Below, in pieces: positions 1 through 8,847 of a DNA stretch of 64,000 nucleotides. The number at the start of each line of letters is the position of its first letter. The first letter of the stretch is position 1. The translations under genes were made by a program, and so were the position numbers. The notes under the pieces were generated by a model. The model had not been told where the DNA came from and ran no database searches. It saw only the letters and a list, made by a program, of their open reading frames with translations. This DNA comes from a virus. The DNA lies in IMG/VR virus record IMGVR_UViG_3300037755_001058, positions 1 to 64,000 of that record; one strand, 5' to 3'.

Positions 1-43
1 TAGGAACCAGCCTAATCCCCGGTGCAATACCGGGGGTCCCTAT
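1..43 (+). repeat. 43-bp direct repeat copy 1 (structured leader element, cut by the window edge)
   Basis: TAGGAACCAGCCTAATCCCCGGTGCAATACCGGGGGTCCCTAT is identical at 1-43 and 463-505; each copy is followed by GGAGG and an ATG. Confidence 0.95.
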
Positions 44-58
44 CAGGAGGAAACACCC

Positions 59-457
59 ATGAAATGGGGAAAAGGCACGGGTAAGCCCCCGGAATTTCCG
101 GGAGCTTTCTTCGGTCATTGTGTCATCTGGACCGAACGGGTTCGGAAGGGTCAAGGTCGGTTCGATAAGCTGAATTCCCCGGTCTATACGGACCGTGGAC
201 AGTACCCGGAGGTTCCTATCGGATGGGAATCCGGACGGTTCGCTATCAGTGAAATTCAGGACCGTGTAACCTGGATTTGGGATGGGTCCTTTTGGGTGGA
301 TACGTTCACCTGGAATCGCCGCCATACCAGCGCAGGTCGGATTTTGGCCAGGAAGGGGGCTTACTCTCTCCCTAGCCACGATTCCCCGACCGTGGCCCGC
401 AGCAAGGGGGCTACCCTCCCCAGTCCTCCTAGTAGGAAGGGAAAGAGACGGAAGTAA
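59..457 (+). CDS. hypothetical protein
   Basis: AGGAGG RBS 8 nt upstream; ORF lies between the two 43-bp repeats. Confidence 0.6.
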   Translation: MKWGKGTGKPPEFPGAFFGHCVIWTERVRKGQGRFDKLNSPVYTDRGQYPEVPIGWESGRFAISEIQDRVTWIWDGSFWVDTFTWNRRHTSAGRILARKGAYSLPSHDSPTVARSKGATLPSPPSRKGKRRK

Positions 458-505
458 GGGATTAGGAACCAGCCTAATCCCCGGTGCAATACCGGGGGTC
501 CCTAT
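457..505 (+). repeat. 43-bp direct repeat copy 2; tRNA-like three-way junction
   Basis: AGGGAT(457-462)/GTCCCT(498-503) stem encloses a TAGG-AACCAG-CCTA hairpin and a CCCCGG-TGCAATA-CCGGGG hairpin. Confidence 0.85.
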
Positions 506-515
506 GGAGGTAGAG

Positions 516-671
516 ATGACCAAGGTCGATGTGACCTGGGGGATGATCGTGGCAGTCATGATCATCGCCCTGGTCTGGGCCCTGAGCCCGAGCCCGAGTG
601 TCGAGGACCATACCATGCTCGAGATGATCGAGTCGGGATGTTCGGTGAGTCGCCCGTGCGTGCTGCCATGA
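516..671 (+). CDS. small membrane protein
   Basis: GGAGG RBS; hydrophobic stretch WGMIVAVMIIALVWAL. Confidence 0.6.
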   Translation: MTKVDVTWGMIVAVMIIALVWALSPSPSVEDHTMLEMIESGCSVSRPCVLP

Positions 672-844
672 TCTGCCTGGGGGCCCTGCCCTTCGTCCCC
701 CTCGTGGTGGGGATCGTGGCCTTCGCAGCCATGAGGGCAGAGGGGGCCAGGTCGATCAGGCCCAGCTCCAAGGCCAACAGGGTGACTCGAGCGCTGGACC
801 GGTACAACCGGGAGCGAGGGAGGTACGACTGTTCGAACTGGTGA
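668..844 (+). CDS. small membrane protein
   Basis: ATGA overlap with upstream ORF; N-terminal hydrophobic helix. Confidence 0.55.
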   Translation: MICLGALPFVPLVVGIVAFAAMRAEGARSIRPSSKANRVTRALDRYNRERGRYDCSNW

Positions 845-919
845 GGGCCTCTGCCCTCACCGATCTATGAGCGACCATGTCGGTCGATGTGACAATGTCA
901 GTCAGGTCAGGAGGACGAG

Positions 920-1249
920 ATGTTCAGGGTGAAGTTCAAAATGTTCGACGTCGAGATCGACCTCAAGGTCGAGGACAGTGTCTCGAGGGGGTCCGACCCC
1001 ACGGCCATCCGAAAGGTGTGGGGCCGCGTCGGTCCCCACGAGGTCAACCTCAGCGAGTGCTGGGGGATCGTGATGGGCAAATACGGTGAGGCCTCGGTCA
1101 ACGTCGACCTGCACAACCGGGACGAGCAGGTCGAGCAGGACTCGACCGAGTACTCCGCCCGCGAGCTGTTCCGCATGATCGACCGGATGGAGTCGTTCAT
1201 GCGCGAGGTCCCGACCGACGAGTGCACGATGCCCCACCCCAGCGCGTAG
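920..1249 (+). CDS. hypothetical protein
   Basis: GGAGGACGAGATG RBS; GC3-biased codons. Confidence 0.75.
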   Translation: MFRVKFKMFDVEIDLKVEDSVSRGSDPTAIRKVWGRVGPHEVNLSECWGIVMGKYGEASVNVDLHNRDEQVEQDSTEYSARELFRMIDRMESFMREVPTDECTMPHPSA

Positions 1250-1278
1250 CTAATGTGATCACACCGAAGGAGGACGAG

Positions 1279-1503
1279 ATGATCGATCAGCTGAGGCTCG
1301 CCTGGGCGGGCATCCTGGGTGCTCTGAGCATCCTGAACTGGCCCCTGTTCCTGGGCCTGACCGTCGCCACCCTGGTGTTCGGCCTGGCCATCCGGCTGGT
1401 GGTGCGCCTGATCGCGCGCCGTCGGCGGGCCCGCCTCGAGCAGGCCGTGGCGAACTACTTCCAGAACGAGTACGTGTTCGAACTGCCCGGAGATGGACGA
1501 TGA
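1279..1503 (+). CDS. membrane protein
   Basis: Same GGAGGACGAGATG RBS; hydrophobic segments followed by an Arg-rich stretch. Confidence 0.7.
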   Translation: MIDQLRLAWAGILGALSILNWPLFLGLTVATLVFGLAIRLVVRLIARRRRARLEQAVANYFQNEYVFELPGDGR

Positions 1504-1889
1504 ACATCGACCGAGAGCTCGATGCCGGCACCACCAGCCGGATCCGCGAGGGGATCGATCGGGGGCTGTACCCCCCGGTACAGCTCCAGAAGGAGGCCTG
1601 GCTCCTCTGTGGAGGCGACGACCTGTGCCGCGAGTACTGGTTCACCCTGTACCGGGTGGACCACACGAACATGGGTGGCACCGTGTACCGGGCCGAGGCC
1701 TGGTCGGGCAAGGCCTGCACAACCGACACGAGCACGGGCGCGAACCTGCACCTGAGCGTGCTCCTACTGGTCCGAGCGAACGGGACCACCCGGTACAGGG
1801 TGCGCGTGCTGCCACCCGGAACGGTCGTGCACTACGATCGTGAGCAGGACCTGTTCGACGCGCCGGGACCGGCATGGTTCACCCTGTGA
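1500..1889 (+). CDS. hypothetical protein
   Basis: ATGA coupling; GC3 bias. Confidence 0.7.
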   Translation: MNIDRELDAGTTSRIREGIDRGLYPPVQLQKEAWLLCGGDDLCREYWFTLYRVDHTNMGGTVYRAEAWSGKACTTDTSTGANLHLSVLLLVRANGTTRYRVRVLPPGTVVHYDREQDLFDAPGPAWFTL

Positions 1890-2039
1890 CACCCGACCAG
1901 CTGGCCCTCGCGTGGGCGTCAGCCCACGTCCTGGGCTGGCGTCGGACCCCCCCTCGTGCTGAAGAAACCCCTCGTGCTGAAGAAACCTCGTCCCACGGTC
2001 GGTTTCCCGATCCGTGGGACCTAGCCCTGGAGAGCGTCG

Positions 2040-2348
2040 ATGACCACGACCACCCCCTACCTCCAGCTCATGGAGCTGGTCAACGGCTTTTGCGACCTGA
2101 TCATGGACCACGGTAGCCTGCCAGAGGGTGGGTTCACCATCCGATCGGTGACCGTCGGACGCTCCGAGCGTGGACTGCCACCCTGGCAGGACAGCCTCGT
2201 GCCAGTCGACGTGACGTTCGTCGGCATGGACGAGAACGACAACGCATACACCGGCACCGCCGTGATCGTCCACGGGCGGGTGGCCAACCTGGAGTGGGAG
2301 TACGATCGACCCGACGCCTTCGGCGATGAGTACATCGACACCCTGTGA
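2040..2348 (+). CDS. hypothetical protein
   Basis: GGAGAG RBS; GC3 bias. Confidence 0.7.
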   Translation: MTTTTPYLQLMELVNGFCDLIMDHGSLPEGGFTIRSVTVGRSERGLPPWQDSLVPVDVTFVGMDENDNAYTGTAVIVHGRVANLEWEYDRPDAFGDEYIDTL

Positions 2349-2372
2349 ACCTGTGGAGGACCGACATGACCG

Positions 2373-2567
2373 ATGGAATACACCCGCGCCCAGCAGGGCG
2401 CCATGAAGCGGGCAGTCGCGGGCATCGATGATGCCCGTACCGAGATCGAGGTGGCCGCGCGGCTGCTCGAGTCGCTCGGACTCGACCGCGATGGTCGGGC
2501 GCTCCGCGCCGTATCGGCTCGACTGGCGTCGACCAAGTCCGTACTGACCACGATGGTCGTGCGCTGA
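2373..2567 (+). CDS. hypothetical protein
   Basis: GGAGG RBS; TGATG coupling to the next ORF. Confidence 0.6.
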   Translation: MEYTRAQQGAMKRAVAGIDDARTEIEVAARLLESLGLDRDGRALRAVSARLASTKSVLTTMVVR

Positions 2568-2830
2568 TGGCCGCCATGACCGACCTCACCACCACGATCC
2601 GCGACTTCCTGGCCCTCCCCCACGAGGCGCTCCCCTCCGCGATCGTCGACGGGTACGTCGACAACGACGTGGACACCGACCCTTGGTCGGACCTGCGGGC
2701 AGCCGCCCGCGGGCGCCTCCCGATCTACTCGCCCGGCGAGGTGGTCCTCCTCCGCGCCGACCGGGACGGCTGGCGGGAGGGCGTCCGGATCCGGCTGCCG
2801 TGCCTGGACCAGCCCGGCGCGGTGCTCTGA
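2567..2830 (+). CDS. hypothetical protein
   Basis: TGATG coupling; GC3 bias. Confidence 0.65.
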   Translation: MAAMTDLTTTIRDFLALPHEALPSAIVDGYVDNDVDTDPWSDLRAAARGRLPIYSPGEVVLLRADRDGWREGVRIRLPCLDQPGAVL

Positions 2831-3566
2831 CCTCGACTACCGACCTCGATGTTCGTGTGGTGAACCTCGATGTTCGTGCTTTGCCGCCACGGTGATCACC
2901 GTGGCGGCCAAATCGTTGTGTGTCGCACAGACGAACCATGGTTTTGGGCACATCGAGCGTGATTCGAGGGCTTTACCGCGCGTGACGAAGCGCAGTTCCC
3001 GCGCCACGATTTGCCGATAGATAACGAAACCGTACAACCCCCTGATGTGCCCCAATGAGGCCCCAATGAGGCTTCCGGCTATGTTTTCGGGCACCCCGAC
3101 CTCCTCGTGCCCACGACGCTTCAAGCACCGACGCTTCGAGCTCCAACTGGCCAGGCACCGACTGAAGGCACCGACTGCAGGCACCGACTGCAGGCGTCAA
3201 CGGTTCAACGGCACAGTCCTACGAGCCGAACATGTGATACTATCCAACCCTATCCAACCCTATACACGCGCGCGCGTCAGGCCGACACGCGCGTCAGGCC
3301 GACCCGCCGGTCGGCCTGACGTCAGGCGCGCGCGATATATACGCGCGCGCCTGACGCGCATAGCGTAGTGATGCACATTTCCAGGGCAAGCTAAGAAACT
3401 AAAACTACCCTACTCATGTACTCGGTCTCTCTAGTGGACGATTTTTTGAGTCTTCTAAGATAACCTATATAAGGGGGCCAGAACCAAACTTCCTTAGCTC
3501 CCCCTACAAAAGTGCATCACTACGCTATGCGCGTCACGCGTGGTATAAGGTAGTTTTGGAACAACC
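2831..3566. other. non-coding palindrome/repeat block (candidate replication origin or genome-end/packaging region)
   Basis: Perfect stems at 3292-3321 (13 bp) and 3320-3356 (15 bp); 25-bp inverted repeat 3352-3376/3512-3536 around an AT-rich core; several short tandem duplications. Confidence 0.6.
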
Positions 3567-4079
3567 ATGACACAGGTGCCCATGACACAGGTGAAAGCGA
3601 AGCGAACTCCGCGATACGCGGTCTACTACAGCCCACCACATGTCGAACTGACGGACGCGGTGTGCGATGCCCTCGGCTCCAGGGGGGTTGGAGCCGTCAT
3701 CGACAGCCCCCATCAGGCGACGGACCACGACCTCCTGAACGAGGTGATTCCCTGGAAGCGGGCCGTGTTCATTCGCAAGCTCGACGCCCCACACCTGGTC
3801 GGAGCAATGCGGGCCGTACGTCGCCCTGCACACGTCATGCTGAACACGGTGTTCCATGACACGCCTCAGGCCGTGTGGCAGGCGCTTGCCACCGGCGAGG
3901 AGCACCCCGGAGCCGACGCCTTCAGGAAGATCGTGGCGGAGGAGCTCTCCACCATGCCATGGAGCCGGGTGGCGGACCGCGATCCGACGACCATCACAGA
4001 GGGGGTGAACATCACCCTCCTCGTGCGGGACATCAGCATCAAGGCAGCGGCAACTGTCCACCGTTGGGGCCGCCAATGA
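3567..4079 (+). CDS. hypothetical protein
   Basis: 170-aa ORF downstream of a TGGTATAAG -10-like element. Confidence 0.7.
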   Translation: MTQVPMTQVKAKRTPRYAVYYSPPHVELTDAVCDALGSRGVGAVIDSPHQATDHDLLNEVIPWKRAVFIRKLDAPHLVGAMRAVRRPAHVMLNTVFHDTPQAVWQALATGEEHPGADAFRKIVAEELSTMPWSRVADRDPTTITEGVNITLLVRDISIKAAATVHRWGRQ

Positions 4080-4142
4080 TGCACGCCCCCGCGTAAGCCC
4101 CACCCCCTCCACGCGCACCATTTCCGCAGGCCTAGGAAGGAG

Positions 4143-4243
4143 CTAGGCCCTACGAACCATGCTCTACACTAGAAACATTAACCCACCATGCTTCGTAAGC
4201 CCCTGCAAGCTCACTCAGCCTACGCAACAACCAAGGAGAAGTC
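4143..4243 (+). promoter_or_regulatory. conserved intergenic element A (shared with 9486-9620)
   Basis: CTAGGCCCTACGA at 4143-4155 and 9486-9498, followed in both regions by CCCACC, CTTCGTRAGCCCC and GCTCAC blocks. Confidence 0.6.
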
Positions 4244-4528
4244 ATGGGCTTCGCCTTCAGGACCCTCCTCGACGAGGAGGGCAGCTGGTTCGTCCGTGAG
4301 GATGGCAGTGCAGGCTCCGTCCAACGCGACGACACCGTGTACACCACCCTGTACCGGTCGCTCATCCCGACCGACGTGACATGGTACGACTGGCCGTCCG
4401 ATCGCACGGATCTCGACGAGCCGGCGATCATGCGTGTCCGTGGGATGGATGATGCCTCCAGGGCCAGGCGAGAGATCGCCCGGCGGTGGGGTGAGATGAT
4501 GCTGTCGTTCGTGAAGAACGGCCGCTGA
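4244..4528 (+). CDS. hypothetical protein
   Basis: AAGGAG RBS. Confidence 0.7.
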   Translation: MGFAFRTLLDEEGSWFVREDGSAGSVQRDDTVYTTLYRSLIPTDVTWYDWPSDRTDLDEPAIMRVRGMDDASRARREIARRWGEMMLSFVKNGR

Positions 4529-4554
4529 CCACACCTGGTAAGGGGAGAGACCCA

Positions 4555-5487
4555 GTGAGTGCAACATCGACCCTCGAGTCGCTGACCCGCGACCTGTCCA
4601 ACCGACTGGTTGCCAGTCTAATGTCCGTCGACTACGGCGTGCACTGGACTGCCAACACGAGCACCGTCTACCTGTACATCGCACCGACAGGTCGACTCGG
4701 AAAGGCCGACATCGGCTTCATCAGAGAGAGGATCCTCTCGGGCCTTCCGCCCGAGGCCAGCCTGTACAGGTACAGAACGGTCAAGTTGATACACGGTGGC
4801 TACCACCCTGCCAGGTTCGAGGAGGCTGGCATCGAACAGTGGGTGGAGGCCACCATCAGCATGGGTCTCCCACTGCAGGACCTGCAGCGGCCCCGGCCGC
4901 GCACCAACCTATCGCAGGCACTCCGGCGAATCTGTCTGGTGCTGGCAGAATCGCTGGTAGAGTTACCCGACCGTGAGCTGATGGCTCGCGCCACGGCCGA
5001 CCTGCCCACCCTGCCAAGCCCGACAGACGCCGACTGGAGGGCGATCTACACCGCTGGTCGAGGAGCTCTGGCACCGGGTTCCAGGTACACCGGCGGCCTG
5101 GTCACCATCCGAAAGGCGCGGTCCAAGGAACCCATCCCAGATGGCGTCTTGTCCGCGTACGCCTCACGGCGTGTCTACCGCGGCGGGACGAAGCTGTACA
5201 GTCTGTCCCAGCACGCCCTGCCAACCCTCACCGGCTGGAACTGGCTTCGTCCCGTCCAGCCTGCAGCATTCGTGCTGCAGGACTACCTCCTCTCTCGAGA
5301 GCATGCCACCCCCCACCCTGACAGGTCAGGTCTCCTGATCCTGCCCAACGACCAAGGCCTGCTGCTCCAAGCACCATCCACCCAGGCGCTGAATGCCTGT
5401 AGGCTGCTCGACCCGGCGGACACCAGGCTCGTCGACTTGATCAACAACATAGACGAAGACGTCAACGTCAACAACGAAGGAGAGTGA
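4555..5487 (+). CDS. hypothetical protein
   Basis: 310-aa ORF, GTG start after GGGGAG. Confidence 0.7.
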   Translation: MSATSTLESLTRDLSNRLVASLMSVDYGVHWTANTSTVYLYIAPTGRLGKADIGFIRERILSGLPPEASLYRYRTVKLIHGGYHPARFEEAGIEQWVEATISMGLPLQDLQRPRPRTNLSQALRRICLVLAESLVELPDRELMARATADLPTLPSPTDADWRAIYTAGRGALAPGSRYTGGLVTIRKARSKEPIPDGVLSAYASRRVYRGGTKLYSLSQHALPTLTGWNWLRPVQPAAFVLQDYLLSREHATPHPDRSGLLILPNDQGLLLQAPSTQALNACRLLDPADTRLVDLINNIDEDVNVNNEGE

Positions 5488-5819
5488 CATGGATACCAAC
5501 AACACCCATCTCGAGGAGGAGATCGCCACCGCCGTGAAGCAGGTAGTCGCGGCGTTCACCCGCCTCGGTGACATCATGTGCCACCGCGCCCTGGCGGACT
5601 GTGAGGAGATCGCCGCCGCCGATGAGACCATCGTCGACCTGCTCACCAAGGGAGAACTCATCCGTCCGCCCGAGAGCGTGCTGCACGCACGCCTGGTGCG
5701 TGGCGCGATGGATGACTTCATCAAGACCCTGCGCACCCTGTGCATGTACGGTGATACCAACGTCAACATCGACGACAACATCAACGACATCAACGTCAAC
5801 AACGAAGGAGAGTGACATG
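5462..5819 (+). repeat. 30-bp direct repeats (5462-5491, 5790-5819) bracketing one gene
   Basis: TCAACGTCAACAACGAAGGAGAGTGACATG occurs twice and contains RBS, stop and start. Confidence 0.95.
5489..5815 (+). CDS. hypothetical protein
   Basis: RBS lies in the repeat; ends NVNNEGE like the upstream gene. Confidence 0.7.
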   Translation: MDTNNTHLEEEIATAVKQVVAAFTRLGDIMCHRALADCEEIAAADETIVDLLTKGELIRPPESVLHARLVRGAMDDFIKTLRTLCMYGDTNVNIDDNINDINVNNEGE

Positions 5820-6032
5820 TCCAACATCAAGCGTGGCCCCAACCGCGAGGACGACGGCCTCCCCGAGTACGTCGAGTGGAGCCACGAGCGCTACGAGACG
5901 CCGCCGTACGAGCAGGTCGAGGAGTGGGTCAGCGACTCGGTGTGCGAGAGCCTGACCGGAGACATGGTCGAGCCCGACGGGCACGGCCCCGACGGCGCGC
6001 CCAGCTGGCTGATCGCGCTCGGCCTCATCTGA
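5817..6032 (+). CDS. small phage protein (VEPDG...SWL..LGLI type)
   Basis: RBS lies in the repeat; C-terminal VEPDGHGPDGAPSWLIALGLI recalls a common small phage family. Confidence 0.7.
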   Translation: MSNIKRGPNREDDGLPEYVEWSHERYETPPYEQVEEWVSDSVCESLTGDMVEPDGHGPDGAPSWLIALGLI

Positions 6033-6078
6033 TGCTGTACACCGCGCGTGCCGTGTTGGCACGCTGTCAGGAGGCAAC

Positions 6079-6423
6079 ATGAGCGACAGGATCGTCGTCC
6101 ATGCGAGTGACGACGACGGCAACGACATCGAGATCGAATTCCCCACCAGGTGGGAGGTGTGCGACGACTGCGGTGGTGAGGGCAGTCACATCCACGAGTC
6201 CATGCGCATCCTGACGTGCGCGGGCACGGAGGACTGGGATCACGAGGACTGGGACAACTTCCGGAGTGGCGTGTACGACGTCACCTGCGACACCTGTGGC
6301 GGCCGGCTCGTCGTCCGGGTGGTGGACGACCTGGCCGCCTGCCGCCGGGAGCAGGAGGCCGAACTGCGGGCCGAGCACTTCGCCGCGTGCAGGTTCATGG
6401 GGGTGGACCCGTGGCGGGCGTGA
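6079..6423 (+). CDS. CxxCxGxG zinc-finger protein
   Basis: WEVCDDCGGEG and YDVTCDTCGG motifs; GGAGG RBS. Confidence 0.75.
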   Translation: MSDRIVVHASDDDGNDIEIEFPTRWEVCDDCGGEGSHIHESMRILTCAGTEDWDHEDWDNFRSGVYDVTCDTCGGRLVVRVVDDLAACRREQEAELRAEHFAACRFMGVDPWRA

Positions 6424-7211
6424 CCCTGAGGGACCGTATCAGGGTGGCCCTCGAGCCGACGTACGAGGTGCACGTCTGGATGCGCGGGCCGCACGCCGAC
6501 GTGGTGGTACGGTTCGCCAACCCGGCGTTCACCGCCACGGTGAACGCCGGCGCCGGCGCCGACGTCCTCTGCAAGCTTGAGGCGGCCGGCCTGTCGGCGA
6601 GCCTTGCCACCGGGCCCCACCCCGGCAGGTGGCCCGGCCGGGTAGCTCTCACCAGCGATGAGGACTACTACACCCGCATGCGCTCCCTGAGGGAGGAGCA
6701 CCAGCGCCGAGGGTACACCTGCGTCAGCGTGCAGGTCCCGCCCAATGAGGCCAAGGCGCCCAAGCCCACCACGAAGGGTGGTGCCACGCTCAGGTGTCTG
6801 ACTGCCATCCTGCGCGACCATGACCCTCAGTCGGGGCATGCCATCGAATCGTACCTCAGGCGTCGTGTCGAGGCGCTGCTGCCTGTCGGCCTGGTGATCT
6901 ACACCCAGGACGGGCAGCTCGCTCCGTTGATGCCGAGTGCCGGGTGGATCGGGACGTTGTTCGACCGCTCGCGCAGCAAGAGCACCTGGCACACGCCCGA
7001 CGGCAAGACCGTGCGTCGCAACACGTGCGTCTGGCGCCTGGCTGAGAGCTGGCAGGACGTGGCCGTGGCCAACGGCTGGGTGGAGTTCTTCCCCTCCGTC
7101 ATCGAAGCCGTGGCCTCGGCCATGGCCATGGGTCTCACTGCAGGTGATGACCAGTCCAGGGCCGTGCTCCGGGACTTCGTGTACGAGCGTACCGGGGAGG
7201 TGCTGCCATGA
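6420..7211 (+). CDS. hypothetical protein
   Basis: GTGA overlap start; GC3 bias. Confidence 0.7.
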   Translation: MTLRDRIRVALEPTYEVHVWMRGPHADVVVRFANPAFTATVNAGAGADVLCKLEAAGLSASLATGPHPGRWPGRVALTSDEDYYTRMRSLREEHQRRGYTCVSVQVPPNEAKAPKPTTKGGATLRCLTAILRDHDPQSGHAIESYLRRRVEALLPVGLVIYTQDGQLAPLMPSAGWIGTLFDRSRSKSTWHTPDGKTVRRNTCVWRLAESWQDVAVANGWVEFFPSVIEAVASAMAMGLTAGDDQSRAVLRDFVYERTGEVLP

Positions 7212-7355
7212 CCATCAATGGCACGCCGCGGTTCAGCCCACCACCGTCGAACGCGGGAACGGCAGGATCGTGATGCGCATCCCCCTGCCAGAGCTCGAGG
7301 ACGAGAACGCCAAGCTGAGGGCCACCATCATCAACCTCCTGCTGAGGAGTACGCC

Positions 7356-8012
7356 ATGAGCGACTACCGACCCGTCTGGATCCTCGACCCGCGCTCCATG
7401 AAGCGCCTGGTCTTCGCCCTCCGCCACGTCAACGGCGGCCTGCTCTACGCCGGCAGCACGCACGCCGTGATGGAGGCGTACCCCGATACGGCGACGAACG
7501 ACGTGGACCAGGCTGACGTCGACCCGACGAACGACCTGTTCGACTACCTCCACCTGCCCGAGGGTGTGCCCATCCGCCAGACCGGTGGCGGCGTCATCAC
7601 CGAGGACGTGGATGCCAAGCTCACGGGCTACCTGCCCGATGGCTATGGCTCGTCCGTGGAGCTCGAGCTCATCGACTGCGTCTGCGCGGGGGAGGTGTGG
7701 TTCGTCTTCCGCGTCGTCGGCCCCACCGGCCACCGGGAGATCGCCGTCTGTGAGGACTCGCCCATCATGACGTACCACGCAATGAACGAGTGGAGCGACG
7801 GCTACGTCAGCAACGTCCCGACCGACGCCACCAACCTGCCGTACCGTCGAGGTGGGGCGCTCGACGGCTCCGGAACCGGCATGGGTGGCGACGTCCATCC
7901 TGACTTGGACGGGCTGTGGATGACGGACGATGCGGTGCGCGCCGCCGAGTCGTACCTCAGGTACCGCCTCCACGCTGAGGGGTACGAGGTGGACCTCGGG
8001 GCTGTCGACTAA
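7356..8012 (+). CDS. hypothetical protein
   Basis: GAGGAG RBS. Confidence 0.7.
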   Translation: MSDYRPVWILDPRSMKRLVFALRHVNGGLLYAGSTHAVMEAYPDTATNDVDQADVDPTNDLFDYLHLPEGVPIRQTGGGVITEDVDAKLTGYLPDGYGSSVELELIDCVCAGEVWFVFRVVGPTGHREIAVCEDSPIMTYHAMNEWSDGYVSNVPTDATNLPYRRGGALDGSGTGMGGDVHPDLDGLWMTDDAVRAAESYLRYRLHAEGYEVDLGAVD

Positions 8013-8122
8013 CCGCCGAGTGGTATCCACTTGGCTGGTGTGTTATATCAAATAGACCACCCGGTTGGGGGTAAGCTCCCTCCCCACCGGTCACCACACC
8101 TGGGGAGCAATGAGAGGGAACC

Positions 8123-8719
8123 ATGTCCAAGCAGACCGCGCCCGCCGCTCCCGAGACCGGCAAGCGCTTCTTCGCCATCCAGGCCGCTGCCATCGCGCTG
8201 GCCCGGATGGCCACCGATGAGGCCATCGACAAGGCGCTCGTCGACGCCAAGGTGGAGCTGGCCGGTGAGCAGCCGGCCGAGGAGCGGGTCGCCCACCTGC
8301 TGCGGGGCGTCACCAGCCAGTCGGCGTTCGCCGCCGTGGTGCTCAACCTGACGATCGAGCAGGGCCAGGCCTTGACCGACGCCGAGCTGACCCGCGCCCT
8401 GGCGGAGGCGTTCCCCAACGCCAGCGTCGGGAACCGGCACGGGAAGCACTACATGTCGCTCGCCCGAAAGGGGCGGCTCCCGGGGCTGGAGCGCAAGCTG
8501 GCCATCCCGTACGCCAAGCGCGCCACCAAGGCCGAGACGGAGACCGAGACCGAGGTCGCCCCGCCCAAGCCGATCACCCCGGAGGTCCTCTGCGAGGAGA
8601 ACAGCATCGATGTGCTGCGCGAGATGGCGACCTCCCTGGAGGTGCCGTTCGGCAAGGGCACCAAGCCCCTGACCATCGCCAAGCGCATCGTCGAGGCGTG
8701 GGCCGCGAAGGCGGCCTGA
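8123..8719 (+). CDS. putative DNA-binding protein (helical domain shared with 44731-45480, plus HeH/Rho-N-like C-terminus)
   Basis: Internal paralogy ELT.A...AFP...V..RHG.HY.SL.R.GRLP; strong GC3; promoter-like TGTTATATC at 8041. Confidence 0.7.
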   Translation: MSKQTAPAAPETGKRFFAIQAAAIALARMATDEAIDKALVDAKVELAGEQPAEERVAHLLRGVTSQSAFAAVVLNLTIEQGQALTDAELTRALAEAFPNASVGNRHGKHYMSLARKGRLPGLERKLAIPYAKRATKAETETETEVAPPKPITPEVLCEENSIDVLREMATSLEVPFGKGTKPLTIAKRIVEAWAAKAA

Positions 8720-8847
8720 CACCAGTGGCACCTACCTGGTGGGTGCCACCACCCCTTCGAGTACGGCGCCTCATCAGCCCCGCAGGTTCTTCCTCCTGAC
8801 CAGGCACCAGTCAGGTTGGTGGGGCGCCTTCCCATCCGGAGTCAATC

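Noticed and set aside
457-505. True tRNA gene or cobalamin riboswitch
   Set aside because: Only 47 nt, with no D-arm/anticodon-arm pair, TTCGA or CCA, and no B12-box; kept only as a tRNA-like element.
3049-3302. Short repeats as a CRISPR array
   Set aside because: Units are adjacent or irregular, 10-17 bp, with no unique spacers of constant length and no cas genes.
5440-5810. AAC-rich tracts as a DGR template repeat
   Set aside because: The shared 30 bp are identical rather than differing at adenines; better explained as A/C-rich translation leaders within boundary repeats.
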